DNA of 64,000 nt from an uncultured Chloroflexia bacterium (GTDB lineage: Bacteria; Chloroflexota; Limnocylindria; Limnocylindrales; CSP1-4), in the NCBI GenBank assembly GCA_963776385.1, contig CAVZME010000011.1:465195-529194 (forward strand), in the 5' to 3' direction. The notes below the pieces were generated by a model. That model was not told the origin of the DNA. It made no database searches and saw only the letters and a program-made list of their open reading frames with translations. Below are positions 10,191 to 20,120 of this stretch, piece by piece (within the stretch, counting starts at the first letter, position 1; each line of letters starts with the position of its first letter). The position numbers were made by a program, and so were the translations under genes.

Positions 10191-10415
10191 CGTTCGCCTC
10201 GACGATCTCGAAGGTCTCCCGAGCGTCCATCGTGGCCCTCCTTTCGGCCGATCGGCTGCCGGAGGTCCGGCCCATCGGTGAGGGCCACATTCGCTCGAGC
10301 TGTTCGGACCGCCATCCGGGGCAGTACGGAAAGAACGCGGATGCGCTCGCGGATCCCTGGCGTCAGGCTTGGCGCTGCGAGGGGTGCGGCGACTCTGTCA
10401 GCCGCGGCCCATCCG

Positions 10416-12731
10416 TCAGGTTTCTGCTCCCTCGACCGACGTGACCCAGCGGACGACCTGGACGCGCGAATCGACACCGAGCTTGTTGAAGATGTTCGTC
10501 ACGTGGCTCTCGACGGTTCGCTCCGAGATGAAGAGCTGCGCGGCCGTATCGGCGTTCGTCGCCCCATCGGCCATGAGTCGCGCCACCTCGAGCTCGCGTC
10601 GCGAAAGGCCACCTGGCGCCTTCGCTGCAGTAGCGGGCGCTCGCTTGGGGCGGGCGTCGGACCCCAATGCGTACACGATGACCTCCTCGCGGCTCATCCG
10701 TTGCCCGTCGTCGAACGCCTCGTCATATCTCGCAGCGCCAAGGGCAGCCTTGGCGGACGCCTTCGCGCCCTCCTGGTCGGAGAGCAGAGGCTCGTACTCC
10801 TTGCCGGATGCTGCCCGCCAGATCGCATCGGCTCCACCGAGCAGCGTCGTCGCACGGACGTGATCTCGCCCGGCTCCTGCGGCAAAGGCGAGAACCTCGG
10901 CCATGTGCGCGATCCCGGGCAGGTCACCCAGGTCTCGCCGGATCTCGAGCCCGGAGCGCGCGAGCCGGACCGACTCGTCGAGGTGACCCCCGCGCAGCGC
11001 AGCGATCGACAGGAAGTGCAGCGCATAGGCGCGTACGGCCTTCTCGCCGAGTCGCTCGCTGAGGGCGATCGTCTCCGATCCGGTCGCGATCCCGCCCTCG
11101 AGATCGCCTCCGAAGACTTGCGCGATCCCCTTGACGTCCATCGCCGCCAGCACGACGAAGTCGAGGCCCATCGTCCTGCCGAGCGCCATCGCCTCCTCGG
11201 CCCGAAGGATCGCCTCGTCCTGGCGGCCGCCGACCCAGTTCGCCGCGGCGAGTGCGGTCAGGCCATACGCGACGGGGACGACGTCACCGACGAGCCGGCC
11301 GAGCCTGATGGCTTCGGTCGCTTCTGCGAGCGCACGATCGCCGTCACTCAACGATGACCTGATGATCGACGAGACCCATAGCGCGTCGGCCCGTGGCCGC
11401 GTCTCGCCCGGGATCGCGTCGATGAACGAGCCAAGCGCGCCGAGGAGCCGTGAGAAGTCGCCCTCGGTCAACCAGAACTCGAACAGGTCGCGACAGATCG
11501 CGACCCCGGTCGCAGCCGCGTCCACGTCTTCCAGACAGAGTTCGAGTGCCGCCCACAGGTTGGCCCGCTCGGACCGGAGTCGCGTGAATGCCTCGACTTC
11601 GCGGTGGTCGTGGGCGCCCGCGATCGCGGCGAGGTCCGCGATCCACGCCAGGTGGCGGTGACGAAGGACAGTTTCGGGATCGCCGGTGGCCAGCCGCTCG
11701 CGGCCGAACTGGCGCAGGATCTCGAGGACGCGGAACCTCTCGCGCCCGGATCGCTGCACGCGCTCGACGAGGGATTTCTCGACAAGCGCGCCGACGACGT
11801 CGGGGATCGACGAGGCGGGCAGCTGCGCGTCGGCGCAGACCTCCTGGGCGGCGTCGATCTCGAAACCGCCCGCAAAGACGGACAGGCGCGCGAAGAGCAG
11901 CTGCTCCTCGGGTCCGAGGAGCTGGTAGCTCCAGTCGATCGTCGCTTGCATCGTTCGCTGATGCGGGAAATGGCTCCGGTCCCCGGTGCCCAGGACCTGC
12001 ATCTTCGAGCGCAACCCGTCGCTCAGGGCATCGAGGCCGAGTGAGTCGAGCCGCACTGCGGCGAGCTCGAGCGCCAGCGGCAGACCGTCGAGCTGGCGGC
12101 ACAGCCCGAGGACTGACGGAGCGCTGTTCGCATCGATCGTGAAGCCTCGCCCACGGGCCGCCGCCCGCTCCACGAACAGCGTCACGGCGTCCGACTGCCA
12201 GGCCATCGATGTCGACCGATCGTCAGGTTCGGGCATGGCCAGCGGTCGGACGAGCTCGACGATCTCGCCCGCGATACCGAGGGCCTGGCGACTCGTCGCG
12301 AGGATCTTGAGGTCAGGGCACCGTCGCAACAGCGTCCCGGCGAGCACTGCGACCTCATCGAGGACGTGCTCGCAGTTGTCGAGCACGAGCAGGACACGCT
12401 TGTCGGCCAGGTGATCACCGAGCAAGGTCAGCGTCCATGGCGTGGCGCGGTCCTGAAGCCCGAGCGTCGTTGCGACCGCAGAGGTGACTTCCGCACGGAC
12501 GGCGACCTCGGCCAGCGCGACGAACGATGCGCCGTCTGGGAAATGACCGGAGAGATCCCGCGCGGTCCGCAGCGCCAGGCGCGTCTTGCCGACACCACCT
12601 GGCCCGGTCAGGGTCAGGAGTCGCGCCGTGCCGAGACGTCGCCTGATCGCCCCCAACTCGTCGCGTCGCCCCACGAGGCTCGTGAGCTCCGCGGGCAGGT
12701 CCGAGGCGCGGCGAGAGTCCGGTGACGGCAC
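10416..12731 (-). CDS. LuxR-family transcriptional regulator with N-terminal STAND (NB-ARC/AAA) ATPase and TPR-like region
   Basis: Walker A GPGGVGKTRLAL. LLVLDNCEH. C-terminal LuxR HTH LSRRELEVARLMADGATNADTAAQLFISERTVESHVTNIFNKLGV. Confidence 0.85.
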   Translation of the reverse strand: MPSPDSRRASDLPAELTSLVGRRDELGAIRRRLGTARLLTLTGPGGVGKTRLALRTARDLSGHFPDGASFVALAEVAVRAEVTSAVATTLGLQDRATPWTLTLLGDHLADKRVLLVLDNCEHVLDEVAVLAGTLLRRCPDLKILATSRQALGIAGEIVELVRPLAMPEPDDRSTSMAWQSDAVTLFVERAAARGRGFTIDANSAPSVLGLCRQLDGLPLALELAAVRLDSLGLDALSDGLRSKMQVLGTGDRSHFPHQRTMQATIDWSYQLLGPEEQLLFARLSVFAGGFEIDAAQEVCADAQLPASSIPDVVGALVEKSLVERVQRSGRERFRVLEILRQFGRERLATGDPETVLRHRHLAWIADLAAIAGAHDHREVEAFTRLRSERANLWAALELCLEDVDAAATGVAICRDLFEFWLTEGDFSRLLGALGSFIDAIPGETRPRADALWVSSIIRSSLSDGDRALAEATEAIRLGRLVGDVVPVAYGLTALAAANWVGGRQDEAILRAEEAMALGRTMGLDFVVLAAMDVKGIAQVFGGDLEGGIATGSETIALSERLGEKAVRAYALHFLSIAALRGGHLDESVRLARSGLEIRRDLGDLPGIAHMAEVLAFAAGAGRDHVRATTLLGGADAIWRAASGKEYEPLLSDQEGAKASAKAALGAARYDEAFDDGQRMSREEVIVYALGSDARPKRAPATAAKAPGGLSRRELEVARLMADGATNADTAAQLFISERTVESHVTNIFNKLGVDSRVQVVRWVTSVEGAET

Positions 12732-12943
12732 GGCCGGCCGAGCCTAGTCGCCACCACCCGCGAGCGTCAATGGAGTCTGACGACGGACGTCCATTGGAAC
12801 GATCTGCGGGAGGACCGAGCGTGTTTTTCCGTGCTGCCTCGGATAGCACGGGTGGCGCGCTGTCTCACGGTTCGTGACATCGGCGCCACAGCGACTGACC
12901 GCGATGCAGTCGACGGCGATAGGACGAAAGGGGCGAGGAACGC

Positions 12944-14104
12944 ATGACACTCCTGAGGAACCTCGGCCGGAGAAGGCTCCGGACGACGCTGACGATCACG
13001 GGCATCACGATCGGCATCTGGGCACTGGTCGTGTTCGGGTCATTGGCCACCAAGATCGATGACCTCGTTGCCGGTGCCCATGCCTATTTCGGGGAACGGG
13101 TCATCGTCAGCAGCGCAGCTGGAGGCGGAGGGATGTTCCCGCTGCCGATCTCACTCGTCGAGCGGGCCGCGGCGGCGGATGGGGTCGACGTGGCCTACGG
13201 GCAGATCGAGACGATGATCGATCACCTCGGCCACCAGATCGGCCTCGCCGACGAGATGATCGGGTACGTCCCGGGGTCGGACCGCGGGCGTGATCAATTC
13301 CCGTACAAGTACGCGTCGGGGCGTGCCCTGACCGCAGCCGACGAGGGCCAGAACGTGGTCGTCCTCGGCGCCGATCTCGCGCGCAAGAACGCGGTCAAGG
13401 TCGGCGGCACGATCCGGATCCGCGAAGCCGACTTCACGGTCGTCGGCATCCTCGAGCCGACCCTGACCCTGCCCGACAGTCAGGCCTTCATGCCGTTGGC
13501 CATCGCCCAGGTCCTGTATCTGAAGGATCTGCCCTCGGACGTCTCCGACAAGCTCGTCGCGGCACAGACGATCACCCACATCGTCGTCTACCCGAGGCCG
13601 GGGGCGGACGTCCCGAAGCTCGCGGCAGCACTGGAGGCCACGCTGCCGAACGTCACGACGGTGACCGCCAGCGAGTTCGATCAGTCCATCGGCTCGATGG
13701 CCAACCTCCTTGGCGGGATCATCGTGGGCGTCGGCCTGATCAGCCTGGTCGTCGGCGGCTTGTCCGTCGTCAACACCATGGCCATGTCGGTCAACGAGCG
13801 AACGCGGGAGATCGGCATCAAGCGGGCGATCGGCGGTTCACGCCGGCGGATCGTCGGCGAGCTGGTCGCCGAAGCCGGTCTGATCGGCTTCATCGGTGGC
13901 CTGATCGGCATCGGGCTCGGAGCCGTGGCTGTCTACCTCGGGAACAGCGCCGGCGAGGACTCCGGGACGGCTCTGTTCACCCTCACCGCCGGCACGGTCC
14001 TGGCCTCACTCGTCTTCGCGACCCTCCTCGGGATGGTCGCCGGGACGGTCCCCGCCGTGCACGCGGCGCGGCTCGATCCCGTCCAGGCCCTTCGGTACGA
14101 ATAG
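12944..14104 (+). CDS. ABC transporter permease, FtsX/MacB-like
   Basis: N-terminal TM, large extracytoplasmic domain, then C-terminal 3-TM FtsX domain (MAMSVNERTREIGIKRAIGGSRRRIV). Confidence 0.85.
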   Translation: MTLLRNLGRRRLRTTLTITGITIGIWALVVFGSLATKIDDLVAGAHAYFGERVIVSSAAGGGGMFPLPISLVERAAAADGVDVAYGQIETMIDHLGHQIGLADEMIGYVPGSDRGRDQFPYKYASGRALTAADEGQNVVVLGADLARKNAVKVGGTIRIREADFTVVGILEPTLTLPDSQAFMPLAIAQVLYLKDLPSDVSDKLVAAQTITHIVVYPRPGADVPKLAAALEATLPNVTTVTASEFDQSIGSMANLLGGIIVGVGLISLVVGGLSVVNTMAMSVNERTREIGIKRAIGGSRRRIVGELVAEAGLIGFIGGLIGIGLGAVAVYLGNSAGEDSGTALFTLTAGTVLASLVFATLLGMVAGTVPAVHAARLDPVQALRYE

Positions 14105-14115
14105 GAGCATCTGAC

Positions 14116-14826
14116 ATGGCACTGCTCGAAGCCCGCAACCTGCGGAAGACCTATCGGCTCGGCAAGGCCGCGGGGGTCCCGGCCCTGCGCGGGGTCGACA
14201 TCACGATCGAGGCCGGCGAGATGGTCGCGATCATGGGCCCATCGGGATCCGGCAAGACGACCCTCATGCACATCCTCGGCCTGCTCCACCAGCCCGACCT
14301 CGACACCGCTCCCGAGCCCAGCCTCGTGATCGGCGGTCGTGAGATGACGAAGCTCTCGGAAGGCGCACGGACGCGAACCCGCGCACACCAGCTGGGGTTC
14401 GTCTTCCAGTCCTATAACCTCGTCCCGACGCTCAGTGCCGCGGAGAACGTCGCTCTCGCCGCGGACTACGCCGGCCATGGTGGTGCCAAGGGACGCACCG
14501 AGGCGCTCGCGGCACTGGATCTCGTCGACCTGGCCGATCGTGCGCACCACAGGCCCGGCGAGCTCTCCGGCGGAGAGCAGCAGCGCGTCGCGATCGCGCG
14601 AGCGCTCGTCAATCGGCCGGCGCTGGTGCTGGGTGACGAGCCGACCGGGAACCTCGACTCCGCGCGCGCCGCGGATGTGCTCGCTCTGTTGCGCCGTTTC
14701 AACCGCGAGCGCGGACAGACATTCCTCATCGTGACCCACGACCCGGAGGTCGGCGCTGCGGCCGACCGGATCATCCGGATGCGCGATGGCCTCGTCGTCG
14801 ACGACCAGCTCGCGCTGGCTGCGTGA
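14116..14826 (+). CDS. ABC transporter ATP-binding protein (MacB/LolD-like)
   Basis: Walker A GPSGSGKTT, signature LSGGEQQRVAIARAL, Walker B LVLGDEPTGNLD. Confidence 0.9.
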   Translation: MALLEARNLRKTYRLGKAAGVPALRGVDITIEAGEMVAIMGPSGSGKTTLMHILGLLHQPDLDTAPEPSLVIGGREMTKLSEGARTRTRAHQLGFVFQSYNLVPTLSAAENVALAADYAGHGGAKGRTEALAALDLVDLADRAHHRPGELSGGEQQRVAIARALVNRPALVLGDEPTGNLDSARAADVLALLRRFNRERGQTFLIVTHDPEVGAAADRIIRMRDGLVVDDQLALAA

Positions 14827-14863
14827 CTCTCGGAATCCGACGACCGTACGAAGGGACACGACC

Positions 14864-16558
14864 ATGACCGCGAACGACCTGTTTCCCCGCGACACGATGG
14901 GACTCCCGTCTGCCGAGCGGCCCACGCTGCATCGGCTCCGTGACGGCGATCGACTTGCGCTCGAGATCTCGCCGGTCATCAAGGACATCGGCGGATCGAC
15001 GGTACGGATGATCGCGTACAACGGCTCCATCCCCGGTCCGACCCTCCATGTCGACCAGGGGTCGGAGATCATCGTCGATGTCTTGAACAACGGCGACGTC
15101 GAGACGACCGTCCATTGGCATGGCCTTCGGCTCGACAATCGATTCGATGGCGTTCCCGTCGACACCCAGGCGCCGATCAAGGTTGGCGGCCTCTTCTCGT
15201 ACCGGATCACGTTCCCGGATCCCGGCTTCTACTGGTATCACCCCCATCTCCGCGAGGACTACGGCCAGGAGATGGGCATGTACGGGACGATCATCGTCGA
15301 GCCCGCGGACACGAGCTACTGGCCGCGCGTCGATCGGCAGCTGTCGATCACGCTCGATGACCTCCTGATCGAGGACGGCATGATCGCGCCGTTCAGCCGT
15401 TCCGGTCCGACATTCACGGCCATGGGCCGCTTCGGGAATGTATTCCTCGTGAACGGCGAGGAACACCTCGAGGCAAAGGTCGCGCTGGGCGAGGTCGTCC
15501 GGCTCCACCTTGTCAACACGGCCAATACCCGGATCTTCAACATCGCGATCCCTGACGCCCGGATGAAGCTGGTCGGCGGCGACAGCGGTCGCTACCAACG
15601 CGAGACGTTCGTCGAGGAGGTCATGCTCGCTCCCTCGGAGCGAGCGATCGTGGACGTCCAGTTCGACCGAGCCGGCGTCGCCAGGCTCGAGCACCGAACT
15701 CCCGACCACGTCTACGACCTCGGCGCCATCAGCGTGGTGTCCGCCAACCGAGCCTTCGCTGCTCTCCGAACGGACGCGGACCTTACGACGATCGCCGCCG
15801 ATCTCGACGCAGACCGGGACCGGGCGCCGGACAAGACCCTGGCGTTCCGCTCGACGATGCCGCTCCTGTACGGCGCCGACGCCGTCCGCGCATCCACCTT
15901 CTCTTGTCCGATGCATCCCGAGATCACGTCGTCGGAGCCGTCGCGCTGCCCCAAATGCGGGATGAAGCTGGCCGCGGTCGTGACGGCTGTCGTGGCGGGC
16001 TACGCCTGCCCGATGCATCCCGAGGTCACCGGCAACAGTCCGACCGAGTGTCCGAAATGCGGGATGTGGCTGGAGCCGATCAGCGGTCCGCCTAGTGCCG
16101 CGCCCAGCCACCACGCCGGCCAGGATCATCTCGAGGGCGATGGCCTCGAGTGGGAGGACCTGATGCCGGAGATCAACCGGCAGACGGACCCGTCGAACAT
16201 GAGCTGGTGCATCACCGACCTCGAGAGCGGCGCCGAAAACCATCACATCTCCTGGACCTTCACGGTGGGCGACCGGATCAAGATCCGTCTCGTCAACGAG
16301 CTCGGGTCAGACCACCCGATGCATCACCCGTTCCACATCCACGGGGCCGGACGATTCCTCATCCTCGCCCGGGACGGCGAGGCGGACGACAACCTCGTCT
16401 GGAAGGACACCGTCCTCGTCCCAGCCGGACAGACCGTCGACATCCTGCTCGATGTGACCAACCCGGGTCGCTGGATGGCCCATTGCCACATCGCCGAGCA
16501 CATCGAGAGCGGGATGATGTTCAGCTTCGATGTCATGCCTGCGGCGATCGTCGACTGA
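14864..16558 (+). CDS. multicopper oxidase with two internal CPMHPE...CPKCGM heavy-metal-binding modules
   Basis: Cu-oxidase motifs HWHGL, HPMHHPFHIHG, MAHCHIAEHIESGMM. Two tandem modules CPMHPEITSSEPSRCPKCGM and CPMHPEVTGNSPTECPKCGM. RBS AAGGGA upstream of ATG 14864. Confidence 0.85.
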   Translation: MTANDLFPRDTMGLPSAERPTLHRLRDGDRLALEISPVIKDIGGSTVRMIAYNGSIPGPTLHVDQGSEIIVDVLNNGDVETTVHWHGLRLDNRFDGVPVDTQAPIKVGGLFSYRITFPDPGFYWYHPHLREDYGQEMGMYGTIIVEPADTSYWPRVDRQLSITLDDLLIEDGMIAPFSRSGPTFTAMGRFGNVFLVNGEEHLEAKVALGEVVRLHLVNTANTRIFNIAIPDARMKLVGGDSGRYQRETFVEEVMLAPSERAIVDVQFDRAGVARLEHRTPDHVYDLGAISVVSANRAFAALRTDADLTTIAADLDADRDRAPDKTLAFRSTMPLLYGADAVRASTFSCPMHPEITSSEPSRCPKCGMKLAAVVTAVVAGYACPMHPEVTGNSPTECPKCGMWLEPISGPPSAAPSHHAGQDHLEGDGLEWEDLMPEINRQTDPSNMSWCITDLESGAENHHISWTFTVGDRIKIRLVNELGSDHPMHHPFHIHGAGRFLILARDGEADDNLVWKDTVLVPAGQTVDILLDVTNPGRWMAHCHIAEHIESGMMFSFDVMPAAIVD

Positions 16559-16643
16559 TCCACCTTCCGAGATGGCCCGAGCCCCACAGGCTCGATCCAC
16601 CCGAACCAACAGAGCCGGCGGCGGCTCAGAAAGGGAACCAGAC

Positions 16644-17120
16644 ATGGCCAGCACACTCCACACGGCGGCAGAAGCGACCATCGATGCCCCGGCTTCAGCG
16701 GTCCTCGCGGTCCTCCGCGACTTCGACGGACGACATCGCGAGATCCTGCCGACGGCCTTCTCGAACCTCGTCATCGAGGCTGGCGGTATCGGAGCCGGCA
16801 CCGTCATGAGCTTCGATCTCACGCTCGGCGGCCGGACGCAGCGGGCGACGTCGCGCGTCGAAGAGCCCAGCGAAGGCGTGATCGAGGAACACATCGTCGG
16901 CCGCGACATGGTCACCACGTTCACCGTCCGACCGGACGGCGACCGCGCACTCACTCGGATCGAGACGCAGTGGCAACCCGCTAGTGGGTTCGCTGGCCTT
17001 CTCGAACGACTCGCTGCGCCGCGGATGCTTCGTCGGATCTACCGGGACGAGCTTGCCCGCCTCGATCGGGTCGCCGCCTCGGTCGACCCAGTCTCGGCCC
17101 AAGAGACGATCGCGCCATGA
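16644..17120 (+). CDS. SRPBCC (Bet v1-like/polyketide cyclase-dehydrase) family protein
   Basis: About 158 aa with ATIDAPASAVLAVLRDFDGRHREILP pattern. RBS GAAAGGGAA. Confidence 0.65.
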   Translation: MASTLHTAAEATIDAPASAVLAVLRDFDGRHREILPTAFSNLVIEAGGIGAGTVMSFDLTLGGRTQRATSRVEEPSEGVIEEHIVGRDMVTTFTVRPDGDRALTRIETQWQPASGFAGLLERLAAPRMLRRIYRDELARLDRVAASVDPVSAQETIAP

Positions 17121-17187
17121 CCGACATCGATTCCCGCGACTTCAGCGTCAATGCCATGTTCGATCGACGTGTCGTCGATCAGTCGGT

Positions 17188-18813
17188 TCAGGCCAGAACC
17201 ATTCCTTCGATGCCTGAGGAGACGGGATCGGGCTGGCGCATCATCCGGAACGAGTTCACGAACCCGATCAGGCTGGCGATGATCGGGATGAGCAGCGCCA
17301 CCTGCAGGGCGAACGCTCGGGCTTCGGTGTTGATGCGGATGATCTCGGCCTGCACATCAGGTGGTTGATCGACCAGCAGCAACGCCAGGTCTGTGTTCGT
17401 CATGACCTCGGCGTCGTGCTCGAGCGTCTCGGACACGATCTGCTGCTGCTCCGGGGTCAGGACTGCGCTCTGCTCGGCCAGATTGGTGAAGCTGAAGGCC
17501 AGCGTCGCGAGCATGATCGCGCCCGCGAACGCCAGGCCGAAGGACAGCCCGAATGAACCGCTGGCCGAGTTCACGCCTGCTGCTTCGCTGACGCGCTCTT
17601 CCTCGATCGGTGCGAGCGTGTAGTTGTTGAGCTGGGAGACGAGCAGGCCGAGGCCGATGCCGGCGATCACCAACGGGGGCGCCATGTACCAGCCCGCATC
17701 GGCACGCGGGATGATCGGGATCAGCAGGAGCATCCCGATCAGGAGCAAGCCGAAGCCCGCCCGGATGATGCTGCTCGGCCGCCGTGCTCCTGACCGCTTG
17801 CCGGCGAGGATCGCCGTCCCGAACATGCTCAGCGAGAGCGGAGCCATGGAGAGGCCCGCCTGCAGGGCGTTGTATTCAAGGACCATCTGGAGATAGATCG
17901 GGATGGTGATCATCGCGCCACCCAGCGCGATGTTCTGGAGCATCTGCCCGGAGATCCCCAAGCGGAAGAGCTTGGAGATGAACAGGTCTGGATCGATCAG
18001 TGTCGGCTTGCCTTCACGCTTCCGACGGACAAGCCAATAGGCGAGCGCCGCAAGCGAGATCGCACCGATCGCGATGAGCAGGCCGACGGCCTCGCCCCCC
18101 TCCTGCCAGGCGAGGATTCCCAGCACCAGCCCGCCCATGCCGAAGACCGAAAGGACGGAACCGACAAGGTCGATATGGCGGGGGCCGGTGTATGGCACGT
18201 CGCGAACGAGCCGGCTGCCGATGAGGACGACCACGATGACGACGACCTCGAGCGCGAACGCGACGCGATAGGACAAGAAGGTCGTGATGAAACCACCGAT
18301 CAGCGGTCCGACGGCTGCCGCGATCGCCGCCGCCGCGCCGACCAGGGCGTATGTCGCCTTCTGCGCCTTGCCTTCGAAGTTGCCGTGGATGAGTGACTGC
18401 ATCGCCGGCAGCAGGAGGGATGCCCCGAGCCCACCGATGATGGCCCAGAAGATGATGATCGCGGTGACGCTCTGGGCCACGGCCATCGCCGAGGCCCCGA
18501 TCGCATAGGCGAGCAGGCCGAGCACGTAGGCTCGCTTGCGCCCGTACAGGTCGCCGATCTTGCTTCCGATCAGGATGAACGCGGCCGACACCAGCGCCTC
18601 GATCGCGATCGCGGATTGAACGGCGCTCACGGTGGTGCCAAGGTCGGCGACGACCGCCGAGATCGACACGTTCATGATCGACGTGTCGACGACGAGAACG
18701 AACATCGCCATCGCGAGCAGGATGGGAAGCCGGCGATCGGCTGCTCCGTGCTCGGCTGGGGCCGAGACCGCTGCTTCGCTCACGATGGGTTCGTCATCTG
18801 CACGGCTCCTCAT
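17188..18813 (-). CDS. MFS transporter, DHA2 (14-TMS drug:H+ antiporter) family
   Basis: 14 hydrophobic segments. GSKIGDLYGRKR motif. The first 290 aa of the listed ORF are R-rich GC artefact, so the start was set at MRSRADDE. Confidence 0.8.
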   Translation of the reverse strand: MRSRADDEPIVSEAAVSAPAEHGAADRRLPILLAMAMFVLVVDTSIMNVSISAVVADLGTTVSAVQSAIAIEALVSAAFILIGSKIGDLYGRKRAYVLGLLAYAIGASAMAVAQSVTAIIIFWAIIGGLGASLLLPAMQSLIHGNFEGKAQKATYALVGAAAAIAAAVGPLIGGFITTFLSYRVAFALEVVVIVVVLIGSRLVRDVPYTGPRHIDLVGSVLSVFGMGGLVLGILAWQEGGEAVGLLIAIGAISLAALAYWLVRRKREGKPTLIDPDLFISKLFRLGISGQMLQNIALGGAMITIPIYLQMVLEYNALQAGLSMAPLSLSMFGTAILAGKRSGARRPSSIIRAGFGLLLIGMLLLIPIIPRADAGWYMAPPLVIAGIGLGLLVSQLNNYTLAPIEEERVSEAAGVNSASGSFGLSFGLAFAGAIMLATLAFSFTNLAEQSAVLTPEQQQIVSETLEHDAEVMTNTDLALLLVDQPPDVQAEIIRINTEARAFALQVALLIPIIASLIGFVNSFRMMRQPDPVSSGIEGMVLA

Positions 18814-19004
18814 CGAACGCTTGTCGCGCAAGAGTAGGTCGGCGTGTCGTCGCCCGTACGGCGCCGTTGCGTCGCGCCCATCCCTCGATGTCGCGTTCGC
18901 CAGGGATGGGCGATCCGCCGTCGCAAACGTACCCGGCGCACGGTCCGGGTCCGACGACGACCGAAACCGTCGGCAGAGGGCGTCGGCCCGCCGGGATCTC
19001 CAGT

Positions 19005-20093
19005 TCAGCCGAAGGTGAAGCAGTACGCCTCGGCCCCTGCGTCGAGGAACTCGATCGCGAAGAGACGCTCCCGCACCTGGCCCGGCTCGCGGATCAGCTG
19101 GTAGAGACGCTGCTCTGCCAGCGTGCCGTTGCCTTCCTCGTCGACATCGAACCCGTGGGCGCTGCCGGGCGCGGCCCCGTCGATGGTCACGCGGAACGGC
19201 GCGGGCTTCCCTCGCAACGACGGCCCCATCACCAGATTGACGTCGCGTGCCTGGTACCTGAATGCGATGCGTCCGCCAGGCTCGTCCAGGACCGCCGCGT
19301 GCGACGCAAGCGTCCATGTGCCGGACGGCGCCCATTGGTTGAGGCCGAGTCGCGGCGACTCCGGATAGTGGTGGGGTTCGTCGAACCGCGCCTGCTCGAA
19401 CGATGCGAAGCCGGCACTCCGGCCGTAGGCGAGATACGTCTCGGGTGTTCGCAGGGTCTGCCAATCGGCGGCAACCTCGAAGCCGTGCGGGTCGACTGAC
19501 ACGAGTTCGGGATCGACCCCGTCCGCCCCCGCCTCGAGCAGCAGCTGCTGGACGACCATCTCGGTCATCGCGTACTCGCCCTCGCCGAAGTGGTGGTATC
19601 GGATCCGGCCTTCGGCATCGGCGATGTAGACCGCCGGCCAGAAGTGGTTCGCGAAGGCCTGCCACACGCCGTACTCACTGTCTACCGCGACCGGATACTC
19701 GACGCCGAACTGTCGCGATCGCGTGATGACGTTGTCGAGGTCGTGTTCGAAGCCGAATTCGGGAGTATGAACGCCGATCACCGTCAGCCCGAGGTCGCGG
19801 TACTTGGCATCCCAGGCGCGAACGTACGGCAGGGTCCGCAGCCAGTTGATGCAGGTGTAGGTCCAGAAATCGACGAGAACGACGCGTCCGCGCAGTCCCT
19901 CGGGCGTCAGCGGCTCCGTGTCGAGCCATCCGGTTGCGCCGTCGAACGACGGCAGGTGGCCCTCGATCGGCAGCTCGGCCGGGTCACCGGCCAGGCGGTG
20001 TGCGATCGAGCGGACCAGCGTCTGGCGTGGGGACGCAGTGGGCATGGTCGCGGTGGCGCCGGGGCGATCGGCGGTCATCCGGTCGTCGGACAT
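19005..20093 (-). CDS. thioredoxin-fold redoxin family protein with C-terminal extension
   Basis: VVLVDFWTYTCINWLRTLPYV (thioredoxin-like CxxC-variant active-site region). GVHTPEFGFE. Confidence 0.55.
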   Translation of the reverse strand: MSDDRMTADRPGATATMPTASPRQTLVRSIAHRLAGDPAELPIEGHLPSFDGATGWLDTEPLTPEGLRGRVVLVDFWTYTCINWLRTLPYVRAWDAKYRDLGLTVIGVHTPEFGFEHDLDNVITRSRQFGVEYPVAVDSEYGVWQAFANHFWPAVYIADAEGRIRYHHFGEGEYAMTEMVVQQLLLEAGADGVDPELVSVDPHGFEVAADWQTLRTPETYLAYGRSAGFASFEQARFDEPHHYPESPRLGLNQWAPSGTWTLASHAAVLDEPGGRIAFRYQARDVNLVMGPSLRGKPAPFRVTIDGAAPGSAHGFDVDEEGNGTLAEQRLYQLIREPGQVRERLFAIEFLDAGAEAYCFTFG

Positions 20094-20120
20094 CTCAAAA
20101 AGCCCTCCGAGAGTTCGCGA

